A stretch of 64,000 bases of DNA from Octopus sinensis. Its lineage: Eukaryota. Location: NCBI RefSeq assembly GCF_006345805.1, contig NC_043016.1, positions 19,034,001 to 19,098,000 on the forward strand, given 5' to 3'. The notes beneath the pieces were generated by a model. The model did no database searches. It was given only the letters and a program-made list of their open reading frames with translations, and was not told where the DNA came from. A program made the translations under genes and the position numbers. This document shows, in pieces, positions 10,952 through 25,329 of this stretch; the first letter of the stretch is position 1; every line of letters begins with the position of its first letter.

Positions 10952-11571
10952 TATATGTTTAGTGTGATTCTATCAAAGTGTGTGTATTTTTAGGTTTTAT
11001 AATATGCAACGAGTTATTTCTTATTTTTAGTGATAGTTTATGTTTCTAAATTGGTGAATATACGTTTGGTATTGTGTATGAGTTGTTAGACAATGTTTGA
11101 GTAGTGCGTGAACATACAGTCGCTCTCATGATCACCAACATTACTGCTAACAACTCCAAAACCACCATCATGAAAACTATCAAAGGAAAGATGAGTATGA
11201 GATGTATGCAGAGCACTTTCTGGCATACTTTTCTACATATGCGCATAATCATATGTATGTATGCATGTATGTATGTACGTATATATATTATATATATATA
11301 TATATATATAAATATACGTACTATATGCGTACACACACGCACACATATATATACACATATGTACATGTGTACATATATATATTTATAGATAGAGATATGA
11401 ATATGAATATATGAGTATATACATGTACATATGTATATAGATATATGTGTGCGTACAAATATATATATTATATACATATATATATATGCAATCACATAAT
11501 CACATGTACATATATATATACATAAATATATGTATATATATGTGTATATATGTATTTATATATAAACATAA

Positions 11572-11673
<102 letters not shown>

Positions 11674-12489
11674 TATATATATACATATACACATACATAT
11701 AGATATATATATATAGTCATATCCGTTTCTGCGAGTGCATGGCTATTGCATAAAGGTATATACTGTGTCTCTCTGCTAATTTTATGTTTTTGATTATTAT
11801 TATTCTTTAACGACATCTTACAGCTTAAAGAATTATCTGTTTAGAATGCCAACAATCTTAAAGATCATGCCGAGATTCCAGTCGTTTTGCCCATTACCAT
11901 GTAGAGTCTAATCCGGCAAGAATCAACATCCAGGACTCTAGGTAATGAAATTAAGGAAAACATTCTCTTTGCTATGCTATGTTCCGCATCTTCTGTCAGT
12001 GCCATATATACATTATCACAAAATGTCTAAGAAGTAACATCGTAATTCAATTAGCTTTCACCTTTTCTGGCAACTTCTTGTTCTTCACTTGCCATTCTCT
12101 ATGGGCACGGTATTTGACTATATCTCTATATTTACACCTCTCGTCTTCCTTCTGGTCTCTCTCTCTTTCGCTATGTATGCAGTGTGTGTATGCGTGTGTG
12201 TATGTGTGTGTGTATGTGTGTGTATGTATGTGTGCGCATGCATGAGCGTGTTTGCGTTTGCGTGTATGTGTAGCTATGCGTACAATGCATATATATTATA
12301 TATATATATATATATTTATATAATATTTATATATATATATAAATATATAAATATATATGCTTACATACATATACCTATGCACATATATATATATGTATAT
12401 TACATGCATATATGGGCACAGGACACCACAGAACGTAAACAACATGAATTACGAAAACAACATGAAATACGTAATACAAAAACATGGAA

Positions 12490-13050
12490 TACGAACTCTT
12501 TTCGCTTCCCCAAATCTGGTAGCTCTGTTTATTGACAAATCCACTCAAGTGGAAGTGGGCCTTTTCACGGAAGATGATTTTCTTTACAAAATTTTCGTCA
12601 GCTGCAACTCTCTCCACAACCCACGCAGCAGATTCCCCCCGCCTCCCATGATGCTGCGTAAGTTGAATTTTGTACGCATGTATATGGAGATCTTTATGCA
12701 AAATTCGATGTAATGAAGTGGTCGGATGTCCAACTGCTGCGAACGTCGGCGAATCAATTTTCTTAGACTCAGAGCGACACTGTCTCGCTCAACAGCAATC
12801 TGTTGCTCTGTCTGACGAGAACGATTCCGCCCAGGCGATTTAGCTGTTGCAACAAACCAGTTTTTTTTTTATTTCGTCACTAGTCTGCAAACCATAGACT
12901 CGTTGGATGCTTAATTTCTCCCAAAATTGATACGAAGTGTTCGAGCTGTTTTCGCCACATTTTCTCCGTTTAGGTAAATGTCATCACGTTGAGAACGCGT
13001 TGTTCAGTTGTAAAACAAACAAAAAACTATCAATCGGAGTGAAGAGAGAT
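12490..13050 (-). mobile_element. Tc1/mariner transposase fragment
   Basis: ORF 12375-12701 reads DLHIHAYKIQLTQ...KIIFREKAHFHLSGFVNKQSYQIWGSE (decayed FSDEAHF..G.VNKQN.R.WGSE). Confidence 0.85.
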
Positions 13051-14489
13051 AGCAAACAAGGCATGCCTTCAAACTTCAAAACACAAAAGTGTCGCCCAAT
13101 TCAAATCTTATAAGGTATATTTATTTTCATTGTTTTACTTTCTTTTAGTATTATTATTTACATTTCTGCCTTCCCCTCATACTTGCTCTTTTTCTCTTTT
13201 TCTGACCTTTCCACACTTCCACATACTCTTCATCTTTGTTTACCTACTCTCCTAGTAAACCACCAACGATCTCCAAATAATCTTAGATCGTGGGTGACGC
13301 CTCAGGAGACTGCGCATTGCTATATCATTTAGTTTACGCTTGAGTTAGGATTACAGCTATGTCAAAAGCACGAGCTGAGTGACAACATCATTCAAAAATG
13401 GCTACCACACCTATTTACCACATGAGCAAAATTGACTATTGTCGCAATCGTATTGTATGGCAGTTGTGGCATTATGAATCTTCTGTGCAGAGGCTGTTAG
13501 CAACAGACGAATCTTCTGACTAAAGGAACAAAATAACCTCTTACAAAATAACCTGAGGCACAGACAGTCCAACTTAGTCTGTGCGACCTGATACAGCATC
13601 TGATGTCGAGTAAAAGTAAATGACAAAGAAAATGTGGGAGTTCAACATCTCTGCGTTACTGTTGCATAGATCTATTTTCATGACTTTCTTTTTCAGTGTT
13701 TTTTTTATCTCTCAATTATTTTTTTGTTCTAATCATTTATTTGCATTTTTTTATATTTCTTTTTGTTCTAATCATTTATTTGCATTTTTTTGCATTTCTT
13801 TTTGTTCGTTGCTTCTGTCTTTGCTATGTGTCCTATTCTATTTTTATGTTTGATACATTTTTAGTTTTAAGTATCTTTTTAAATTAGCTAATATGTTTCA
13901 ATGGGAAGTTGCTTTTAGATCAGTCAGATATTTTATTGTTTATGTTGCGGTGGTGTGTTGCTGTAAAACATACATATATTTAGAAACGTGTTATTCTCTT
14001 ATCCATTTATACCGTTTCTCTTTTATTTGCAGTATTGGTAGAGCAAAGTTTAGCCTTTATATTATCAACATTTTCGTCGATACGAATTTCTCTCGTTCTA
14101 AACTATTTTATGCATCAACTTCAAAATAAGCATTCTCCTCTTGACATTGGATCGAATTATAAGGTTTTCATTTATATTCTTGTTATTTTTCATGACGGGA
14201 GTGAGGTAGTATTTTTAATGATGATTTGTCTAGGTGGTTTACACATAAATGGTTAACTGGGAATGTGTAATATTCTATTTTATTAGGCAAATGTAATAAA
14301 TATCTAAAAATTAAGATAATAACAGAAATATCAAAATTTACATACATATCGTTAAAAAGTTCGGTCTCGAAACCAATGGAAAATAAGAACCTGGAAAATT
14401 TCGAAATATACACAATGTCATAAAAAAAGCAAAATAAAATTATTATACTAACATCCTTCAAAATACATTAAAAGAATATTTATCACCTG

Positions 14490-16600
14490 TCATGAACTGA
14501 AGTAATATATAAGTGCAAGCCGACCAAACCAAATATCCACACAAACTAGTTAAGAACACTTTACAGTAAATTTCTATAAAACAATATAATGAAAAGAAGC
14601 CCAAAATTTCACAGCGGCCAAGGCAAAATGTCCTAGTAACATATTTAAAAATAGATCGGTTTCAACTATCGCAAACATTTCATAACATTAAAGAAACACA
14701 AGGATAATTTCACTGTAGAATTATTATATCAGCTAGTAAGTAAACGTGGGAGAGTCACAAAACATATTTTAGATTCTACAAAAATACAACACAAAACAAG
14801 CTGGATACAATGGAAATATAGCATCACCATTTCTAAGTGGTTTAATAATATTGAACATAAATCGATCTGTAGATTCATATAGTGAGGTATTATAAGATTC
14901 TACACAAGCATTTCTAAAGGTTTTCTCAAAGCTCTAGAATTTAGAAAACACTCACTGCCAATAATCATCGCTGGAATCAATATTACAACGAAGCTGTTAG
15001 TTTATCACAATGCTTTTGGAATAAGATATATAGAAATTAATATTTTTTATGTATACAAAATAGCTTTGTTGGAGTAGAATTTTGGATCTGATCAGGTTTT
15101 ACATCGTATGCATACTGGAAAAACTGAACAAGATTCACCAACATAGTATTCTGTATAGACAACAAAATTCTATTAGTTAACATGAAGGGGTATGGCGTAA
15201 AAGAACTCAAAAATACAGTCATGAACATTTTTGAAGAATTTGGTTTTAAAATTGCAATAAATACAAACCTAAGTGTAATAGATTTTCTGGATGCAACACT
15301 AAGCTAAGACACAACTGAACATAACCCATACCATAAATCCAACAGAGAAGCAGTATATATACTGTATATTTAACAACGCTACTTTACTCAACAACAGAAC
15401 TCTCAGAAGTGATTTTAGTACCAAGAAAACAAGAATAACTCAGTTAATAACACCAAAAATAAGCAAAGAAATATCATTTGTTTCAAGAAATCTTCTAATT
15501 TAAATATACCCACAAATTATGCTGGGACTTCATTAGGCTGAATATTACGCACTTACTTCCCGGAGATACCACATAATTCTCAGCAAAAATATTTATAATT
15601 TTATGGAAAACAAGATTACGAATCTTTAACCACATCCAAATCAATGATCGCCACCTTAACAAAAACTGCAGAGGTACGACCACGCGCAGTTTAAAGTGAA
15701 AATGCCCAACAAACAAAAAGGTGGAAAAAGACAGATCTACTACAATAACACGCGGGGGTTTACTGATCAATTAAAGTATGCTGCACACAGTATACCCAGA
15801 CTTTTAGGACCACAAGTTTTTTGAGGAAATGTGCCTTTCGAAATATATTTGATTCCTAAAAGACAAGGCAGAATGAAGCCACACAATATAATGGAGTATT
15901 TTTGCAAAGGCAAAGGTATACAGTGATCATTTTTACGACCAACAAGAGAAAAACTTAAGATTTTGATTCAACCTAGCTGTATAAGAGGTGTGGAGGTGCA
16001 ATGGCCCAGTGGTTAGGGCAGCGGACTCGCGGTCGGAGGATCGCGGTATCGATCCCCAGACCGGGCGTTGTGAGTGTTTATTGAGCGAAAACACCTAAAG
16101 CTCCACGAGGCTCTGGCAGGGGATGGTGGTGATCCCTGCTATACTCTTTCACCACAACTTTCTCTCACTCTTACTTCCTGTTTCTGTTGTACCTGTATTT
16201 CAAGGGGCCAGCCTTGTCACTCTCTGTGTCACGCTGAATATCCCCGAGAACTACGTTAAGGGTGCACGTGTCTGTGGAGTGCTCAGCCACTTACACGTTA
16301 AGTTCACGAGCAAGCTGTTCCGTTGATTCGGATCAACCGGAACCCTCATTGTCGTAACCGACGGAGTGCTTCCACTATAAGAGGAGAAAATAAACTTTAT
16401 CATCCCTTCAAGGAGAGAAATATGTACAAAATTCAAGCTATCAAGCTTATTACTGTATCAATTGATTTCGAACTACAAAGTGGTTGAATATACAACTTAC
16501 TCGTGGCATAGAATAACAAGAAATAAGAAGAAAATGTAAAACTAGCGGGAATTTAAACTAAATAATGACACCTAATTCCAGAACAGATACAAGACAAGGA
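14490..16600 (+). mobile_element. Decayed Penelope-like element (RT thumb and endonuclease region)
   Basis: Fragment NIFEEFGFKIAINTNLSVIDFLDATL..YHKSN matches the RT region of the PLE at 23080; many stops and frameshifts. Confidence 0.7.
15989..16375 (+). mobile_element. SINE family C (tRNA-derived) inserted in the PLE, 9-bp TSD
   Basis: A box TGGCCCAGTGG, B-box-like ggtatcgatccc; TSD tataagagg at 15980-15988 and 16376-16384. Confidence 0.9.
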
Positions 16601-17183
16601 AACTGAAACATCTTCAGTAAATGCAGTAAATATTAAGAACCGAGTAAAGTGACAAACATTTTTCTACAAAGTTTCGAAAATACAACGCAGTTTCAGCTGG
16701 CCGTTATCCCATCTGTTGTTGTTCTAACGTTTCGTCACTATATGCCTAAATATATTGACATACGTTTTATGGTGTTGATGAAATCGAAGTATTTTCCTAC
16801 CTACTTCGTATTTAAAGATATTTATTGATATGAATTATTAATAACAGTGAATCTTTTATTGAACGTTCCCCCCTTTAATCTATTCATGGTTATTAACCAA
16901 GACAGTTATTAATAGATATTGGTTAGCACTGACTACCGAAAAATCTTCACTTGATATATACTGTAATCATTATTAGCACATGTTTTCTTTATTGGCATCT
17001 ATTATTCATACACACCGAAAACACGAACGCCACGGTCACATTCATTTCATACACATATACAAATTGATGCGCACACATACGCTTATATATAATATATATA
17101 TATGTATATATATATAATTATATATATATATATACATATATATATGTGTGTATATATATATATATGTATATATATATATTATT

Positions 17184-17215
<32 letters not shown>

Positions 17216-17371
17216 CACACACATATATATATATATGTGTAGGTGTGTGAGTGTGTATGGTGTGTAAACGCCATCAGTCTGCTATAAGTAACTTGTATAT
17301 TGATTAGCAACGCAAATTATTGAGTACACAGATAATTATACGCACACACACACATACACACACGAAATGAC

Positions 17372-17419
<48 letters not shown>

Positions 17420-17691
17420 TATATATATATAATATATATGCATCTGTATATACTTAAATGTAACATTTATATATATGTTTATATATATATATATATATAT
17501 ATAAACGTATGCTCATACACATACACATATATACATATATTTTTATTTATATATGCTAGTTTTATGTCAGGCTGTCTGTGTCTTTGTGAGTCTGTGAATG
17601 TGTGCGCGCGCGTGTTCTAACTCGCATTCGCTCAGACAAAGACACATGTAAGATTTGTACATATTTATATTCACCTGTACATATATACACA

Positions 17692-17756
<65 letters not shown>

Positions 17757-17955
17757 TCCCTTTACTTTCTTTTACTTGTTTCAGTCATTTGCTGGAGCAC
17801 CGCCTTCAGTCGAGCAAATCGACTCCAGGGCTTATTCTTTGTAAGCCTAGTACTTATTCTATCGGATTCTTTTGCCGAACTGCTAAGTTACGGGGACGTA
17901 AACACACCAGCATCGGTTGTCAAGCGATGTTGGGGGGACAAACACAGACACACAA

Positions 17956-17986
<31 letters not shown>

Positions 17987-18150
17987 CATATACACGATGG
18001 GCTTCTTTCAGTTTCCGTCTACCAAATCCACCAACAAGGCTTTGGTCGGCCCGAGGCTAGAGTAGAAGACACTTGCACAAAGTGCCACGCAGTGGGACTG
18101 AACCCGGAACCATGTGGATGGTAAGCAGCTACTTACTACACAGTCACCCA
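17757..18150 (-). mobile_element. SINE family A
   Basis: Reverse complement of the family A sequence. Confidence 0.9.
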
Positions 18151-18261
18151 CGCGCCATATATATATATATATATATATACATACATATCGCAGCCACTTC
18201 ATGGTGGTGCTCCAGCACATTCACAGCCACTTGTTTGAAACGAATAAAAGAATATATATAT

Positions 18262-18303
<42 letters not shown>

Positions 18304-18563
18304 TTATACATACATGAGCAAAATAGTTAACTTATATTGACATTTACATATGCAGAAACACAGAAGCATAAATACATACTCCCGCTGTCACTATCTCTCC
18401 CTTCACATACACACGCGCATAAACATAAAAACTTACGTATGCACGGGCATGCATACATTCATATATCCACACACCATCAAATTTTGTATGTGTTCCATTA
18501 TCTTTGTATTTGCTATCGTTTTGGGTGTGCGTGAATGTGAGAGTGTGTGTATGTGTGTATGTA

Positions 18564-18594
<31 letters not shown>

Positions 18595-18850
18595 TTGTCT
18601 TTACTAAACCTTATAGCAATGTAATATAAATGATAGAGATTTAAAAATTACTAAGAGTTTCGATATTACAGCAGGATATATTTCACAAGAAATATATTAA
18701 AATATATAATAGGTAGAAAATTATGTACAGTCATATGTGCATGTTTTTGTTTTTATTGTTTTTGTATACATATATATATATATATCTATATATATAAATA
18801 TACACATACCACAGAGGCACACAAACAGACACACACAACATATCTATAGC

Positions 18851-18894
<44 letters not shown>

Positions 18895-19997
18895 ACATTA
18901 TATATATATACATAAAAATTGAATGACAGAGAGATATATGCCTACATATATATTTCTATACATGTATATACATATATATACGTTTGTATATAGGTATGTA
19001 GGTATATACATTCACACACGGTAATATAAAATATTTTGCAGGTTAACTAAATTAAAACCAATTCGGGGCATTTTTTTGCAACAATAATATATTATACATA
19101 CAGGCATTTTAAGATATAAGCCCCGAGTTCCTTTTAATTCAATTAGCCAGCATAATTTTATATTAATTTCTATATTACTCTAAGCTTCAAGCTTATTGAG
19201 TACTTTGCTAGACTGTACTTTGAGAATGCATTGTATTTTTGCAAAGTTAATATTATTATTAATATTATTGATATCTGGCCTTTACTACACTCCCTCACGC
19301 TCTCCAGCGGTGTGTGTGTGTGTGTGTGTGTCTGTGTGTATTTGTGTGTGTGTATACGCATACAGAGAGGCAAACAGAGGGACAGAGAAACTGTATCGTA
19401 CTAGTTGATGGCGTGTACGACTATCATTTAATTGAATACTCAGTACGATATTCCACGAGTTGTTGAAACGGATTGGAACTTGTCTGTCTATATAATCCTG
19501 TCTGAAAATGGTGTGACTTCATCGGAACATATTTTTGATGTTCTTGTTTATAGCAAAGATGCAAATTTGTCGAAAGTAGTCTTGATTACATATCCATGAT
19601 ACTGGAGTGTAGAAGGTTGCTGATGGTGAAATGTGATATGCATTGCTTAGGACGAGCGTTGTTGGTCATGGCTAAGTTTTTGTTGTACAGGAGTAAAAAA
19701 CGCTTCGCTAGAGAGAAGATTAGAGTGAGCTCCATCAGTATACATTGTGATCAAACAAAAAGCCACAAGTCTAAAATACGAGAGGCGGAGGATAAAGCCA
19801 AAATATTTCCGTGCCATATGTAGCTGAACGGTCCGCTAATTCTAGTCGATCTGTATTTACGGAAACTGTACTGGTGTCACTGAGCGCACACACTGAGAAT
19901 AATCTTCAAATACTTAAAGATTAAGAATGGTCGATTCTATTAATCTCGAGATAATGGAACTGTGTATACTATATTTTAAATATATATATATATACAC

Positions 19998-20175
19998 ACA
20001 TAAGAGGAATGACACTAAGTGGACATCCATATGCTAGAAGTCGACCCCCTATGGTCTTACCACTAAGAAAGAAATGTTCTCAAGAAAATTGAGAACATTT
20101 CTTTCTTAGTGGTAGACCATAGGGGATAGACTTCTAGCATATGGATGTCCACTTAGTGGTCACCCCTCTTATATG
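19998..20175. repeat. Fold-back palindrome, ~85-bp arms, 5-nt loop
   Basis: ...gaaatgttctcaa-gaaaa-ttgagaacatttc...; arms match with few mismatches. Confidence 0.95.
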
Positions 20176-20224
20176 TATGTCATATCTGCATTTTCGGATT
20201 TTTCTATATGCTAGACCGCTGGTT

Positions 20225-21515
20225 TTAAATTGATATCCCGAGTGGAGGCTCGGGATTTCGACAGCCGACCATTGGGAGGGGAGAAAATTTTGTTTCTCCC
20301 CACTTATGAAGAGAGGAGACTGACAAGAGCTTGGGTGTGTGGGCTGCCACTCGGTATAGAGCCCGAATGGATAGAAGGCACTATCCGTCGGGGTCTGTGT
20401 GGCAGCACTGCCAAGCTCTTGAATGTCAGAATTCTCTCTGCGGCTGATTGGGTGGGGTCAAAAGCAATTTTGACCCTATGGACCCAATCAGCCGATGATC
20501 TGGTTTTGCCAGATTTTCTAACAATGGCCGGTTCCAGATACCCGGTGATCCTTGAGGGACGCCCCACCCTACATGTCGCCTGTTCCTGGAATTGGGCCAT
20601 ATAAAGAAAAACTGCCGCCGGGACCAAGCAAAGGTCCTGGAACAGTTAATAGAAGAGCCCCCCTGCTCCCCATAGGAGGGGAGGGAGAGAGGGAGGAAGC
20701 CGAGGGGGAGGCAATCCCCTCTAAAAAGAAGGGAAGAAGAAGAAAGTTGGGCAACAATGGTTGCCTACCAATGGATCCTGAGGCGGCGGGAGGAATGGAA
20801 GGACTTCCAGACAAGACAGAGGAACTCCATTTTCCCGTCGCGAATGAAAGTAAACGTAAAAAGAAGAAGAACGGGACATTGCCAGCGGTTGATGGTGAAC
20901 TGCCAGCGTGCCCAGAAACTTTGTCAGCAGGGTGTATGCCACCGACAGAGGAAACAGCGGCTCCTTCCAGAAGGAGGAAACATGATTTTGTCGTCTTCTT
21001 CCAGAAGGGAGGGGCAATACAGAGCTTCGTAGAGAAGCTGGATGACCGGAGAGAGGAGTCCATGCCCTGGACAGAGGACAAGGATTGGCCTTCGCAGGTG
21101 ATTACGAAGGTCATATCGGATGTCGCTATGTTCAGGGTGATGGCCGCCTTCTCGAAGGACATGTTCAGATTTGCATTCTGGGGCCCTGACCTGGATCTGG
21201 AGCAGTGCCTAGGGTAGCGTACAGCCTGGTCAGGGAGGAGGATGATTGAGTTTTGTGAACTATGTTATTATTTGTTATGGACTATGAAGTCCAAAAAATT
21301 GAAAAAATTGTAAAAACTGTAAAAGAATTAATACCTCGTTTTGTGCGTGTTTTTAAAAACAATGTTTCAGAGAAGCAAAAGTCGACGGGCGCTTTTTGTC
21401 TTCTCCCATCCTTATCATCATTGTTTCTTTATCATTCATTTCATTAATGTCCTTGTCCAGCCCGCAAAGCTACTATACTCTATGTACTGCCTCTATGGCA
21501 AATATAATGAAATAA
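20225..21515 (+). mobile_element. L1/Tx1-type ORF1 (gag-like) relic with its own 3' UTR
   Basis: ORFs 20230-20604 and 20552-21217 are joined by frameshifts; decayed CCHC knuckle CRLFLELGHIKKNC at 20574-20615; GC-rich; T-rich UTR ends gaaataaag. Confidence 0.65.
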
Positions 21516-21517
21516 AG

Positions 21518-21897
21518 TAGCTTTCTTACGAACCACATGATTTCGGGATCAGTCCCACTGCGTGGCACCTTGGGCAAGTATCTTCTACTAAAGCCTCGAC
21601 CAAAGCCTTGTGAGTGGATTTAGTAGACAGAAACTGAAAGAAGCTCGTCGTATATATGTATATATACATGTATGTGTATGTATATATGTTTGTGTGTCTG
21701 TGTTTGTCACCCCAACATCGCTTGACAACCGATGCTGATGTGTTTACGTTCCCGTAACTTAGCGGTTCGGCAAAAGAGACAGATAGAATAAGTACTAGGC
21801 TTACAAAGAATAAGTCCTGGAGTCGATTTGCTCGACTAAAGGCGGTGCTCCGGCATGGCCACAGTCAAATGACTGAAACAAGTAAAAGAGTAAAAGA
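21518..21897 (+). mobile_element. SINE family A
   Basis: Family A sequence. Confidence 0.9.
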
Positions 21898-21967
21898 TAG
21901 TAAATATTTATTCAAATATTAATTATAATAAAAGGGTAAAATCAGTAATTATTTCACCAGGGGGTCA

Positions 21968-22188
21968 GTGCGGAAATAAAAACATCATAGGTAAATTATA
22001 CAAAATATTTTATGTTTATATACATAATTATAACAAGGGTTCGGCTTTACGCCTCACCACGCACTGCAAGAAATAGACGCAAAAGCCACTATTACCACCT
22101 TAAAATCTCCGAGAATAACACACTATATTGCAGGCAAGCAAAAGAAAATATTTTGTAAAATTTACCTATGAGGTTTTTATTTCCGCAC
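21968..22188. mobile_element. MITE-like element, 44-bp inverted repeats
   Basis: gtgcggaaataaaaacatcataggtaaattatacaaaatatttt vs reverse complement at 22145-22188, 2 mismatches; no clear TSD. Confidence 0.65.
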
Positions 22189-22459
22189 GGATCTTTTCCT
22201 TTTGATAGACAGAATTCAACACAATTTCTAGTTAACTAAACAATTTGAAACTTCGTATACTGGTAGAATATTTCAAAAGAAAACATTATTTTCACTTGGC
22301 TTTTTTGATAAATTTGTAATTCGTTTGTTTAACGTAGTTTAATTTTTCGAATTTTAACCAATTCTATGCTCTCTTTTGAGCTGAAATCATTTGCTGCGTT
22401 ATCGATATCAATAAACAAACGGGGAGGGTTGTGTTGGGCATGTGCTAGAAATAACAGCC

Positions 22460-22665
22460 AAGGGAAATTACAGTGTGATTGACCGTTATTAAGACAAAAG
22501 AGCTATTTGAATGACCGCTGAGGGGAGAGAATAAAAGTAAGGGGGTAAAAAAGTTCACAGTATTCGCGTAAGCGCGCGCGTCTGCACACCCACGTACATG
22601 CGCCTAAAAGTATACACTCATCCATCCTCACTTGAAACCTACACATTCTCACCCGCACCATTCGC

Positions 22666-22710
<45 letters not shown>

Positions 22711-24767
22711 ATATAATATACAATCCCAAATATACACACGCGCACCAAAAGTTCATACACACGTCTATATACGCACAAGCATAAAAAAAAACAGGGTTAA
22801 GGGCAACAATACAGAAAAAATATTTAAGGGGGCATAAAAATAAGCAAAGAGTAAAACACATCTATATACGCACATACCCGTATGCACGCACACACGCCTA
22901 TATACGCGCATACCCATACACGTCTAATACGCACACACATATGCGCACAGAAAAAGTTCATACACAAGAAAAAACAGGGCTAAAGGCAAAAATACAGGAA
23001 AATGTGTAAAAAAAACAATGAGTAAAACACGTCTATATACGCACATACTCGCTTGCACGCACACATCCACTCGCGCGCAAGCGAATTCATAGAAATCAGT
23101 ACACAGGATAAGGACATAATCTTCCATGCTAGAAAGACTTTACTTTTCAGCGAGAATGTAGAGTGGGTCAAGACTACCGATACAGAGGGTGCTTTCGATG
23201 TGAGCATGGGGTCATATGATGGAGCAGGCATATGGGATCTCGTTGGACTATTCCTACTCGATATGTTGGGCAAGACCTTTCCTGACGTACTTCGCCATCA
23301 ACAAAGATGATCCCTCGCCTTAACCGCCAATACCAATAGACCAGCAGAGGATCGGTTTAGGAAGGACATTATCCATTTGATGATAACCCTTGAACTTAGT
23401 ATAACTACAGACAAACCTGTCGGTTGTCAATTTCCTACATGTATCCTTAGATCTAAATAAGAACATTTATAAAGCTTATAGGAAGCCCAATGACAGACTT
23501 AGTTATATTAATGTAGATTCATGCCATCCCGCCATAGTGCTTAAAAAATTAGTTAAAAACATTAGCAAGAGAATTTCTAGCCTCTCCTCCGATAGGGACA
23601 TTTTTAATAGCGTTACCCCAGTATATAATAAGGCTCTAAAAGATAGTGGTTTTAGCGAGGAAATAACCTATACACCTGCCACCAGTCCAATAATAAAGAA
23701 AAGGCAACATAGGAATAGGAAAACTATCTGGTTCACACCCCCTACTCACCCGAGGTGACCTTCAATATAGGCAAGTATTTCTTAGCACTGATAGATAGAC
23801 ATTTTCCAGTCAACCATACTTACAGAAAGCTCTTCAATAGACACAACTTAAAATTCAGTTTCAGCTCAACTACCAATTTTAAAAATATAATCGCACACAA
23901 CACACAAAAACCACAATACGAAACCGGCTGTTCATGCAGGGATAAAAATTTGTGCCCGCTAAATGGAGCTTGCATGTCCGAGACCATCATTTATGAAGCC
24001 ACCTTGGACTCTATCTCCATTAAGGACTCGGTTTTGACGAAGAAATCCGTGGGCCTTACAGAGGGTAATTTCAAGGCCAGGTTCAATAATCACACCTTGA
24101 GCTTCAGGCACTGGGAGAAAAGGAAAACGACCAAATTATCCAGTCATATATGGTCATTAAAAGCTAAAGGTGTCAGTTACAACATCCTTTGGAAGATCTT
24201 AGCCAAGTGTAAGCCCTACACCAACGGCAGTGTAAAGTGCGGTCTATGTGATATGGAAAGATGGCTCATCTGGAAAAGCAGCTTAGAGCCCGCTACATGT
24301 CTGAATTCAAGAATTGAACTTTTCAGATCATGCCTATATGTGGCCAAATATTTGTTACATTTTTGGTCCCTCCGAGATTACAGATAGGACTTGCATTCTA
24401 TATTGTGTCCATATACAAGCTTTTCATCTCTCTATACTTTTTACTTATATTTCTTATATATTTTTACATGTATTTATATATATTTTATACATATATTTGT
24501 TGCATATTTATGGAGATATTGGTTTATAGGTTTATTGCTTATATATTTTTACACATAATTTTTCTGTATTCTGCCTTCCACACTGCCTTTTCCCTGTGCG
24601 TATATAGACGTTTATATGGAATCCTTTGTGCGCGCGTGTGGATGTGTGCGTGTGTGCGGGTATGTGCGTATATAGATGTGTGTGTGTGCGTGCATGCGAG
24701 TATGTGCGTATATAGACGTGTTTTACTCATTATTTTTTTCCTTTCGGTGCGCGCGTCTGTGTGTGGG

Positions 24768-24814
<47 letters not shown>

Positions 24815-25170
24815 ATATATATATATATATTATATATTTGGCGAATGGTGCGGGTGAGAATGTGTAGGTTTCAAGTGAGGGTGGATGAGTGTATACTTTT
24901 AGACGCATGTGCGTGGGTGTGCGGACGCACATGTGTAGGTATGGACATACGCGCTTACGCGAATACTGTGACCTTTTTTGCCCCTTACTTTTACTCCCTC
25001 CCCTCACTTAGCGGTCATTCAAATAGCTCTTTTGTCTTAATAACGGTCAATCACACTGTAATTTCCCTTCTGTGGAAGAGCGTAGGCTCGAAACGTTAAA
25101 GACTTGTTCAGTTCCCGAGCGTTTTACTAATACATCTGTTTGTTTTCTACACCACCTGTCTTCGTCTTTT
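22460..25170 (+). mobile_element. Penelope-like element, 5'-truncated, with inverted upstream copy of its 3' terminal repeat
   Basis: 22460-23080 is an inverted copy of ~24625-25069 flanking the RT-EN body. Confidence 0.85.
23080..24387 (+). pseudogene. PLE reverse transcriptase + GIY-YIG endonuclease, frameshifted
   Basis: FDVSMGSYDGAGIWDLVGL (RT); CSCRDKNLCPLNGAC, IIYEAT..VGLTEGNFKARFNNH and CGLCDME (GIY-YIG EN). Confidence 0.92.
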
Positions 25171-25225
25171 GCTTTTTCGTGAATTCTCCCCCATATATAT
25201 ATATATATTATATATATATATATAT

Positions 25226-25329
<104 letters not shown>

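Noticed and set aside
15989-16065. Apparent tRNA gene
   Set aside because: A and B boxes are present but there is no proper cloverleaf; it continues into a SINE body with a TSD.
17789-18124. ORF MLGGQTQTH...GLLSVSVYQIH...EDTCTKCHAVGLNPEPCGW recurring at 3394 and 62577
   Set aside because: Antisense translation of SINE family A, not a gene family.
19440-19800. Faint mariner/hAT-like words (TDGA, NNARP) on the minus strand
   Set aside because: They fall in different frames and are too decayed to assign.
23080-24387. Selenocysteine-type (Naiad-like) recoding in the PLE
   Set aside because: No in-frame TGA at conserved Cys positions; the breaks are frameshifts.
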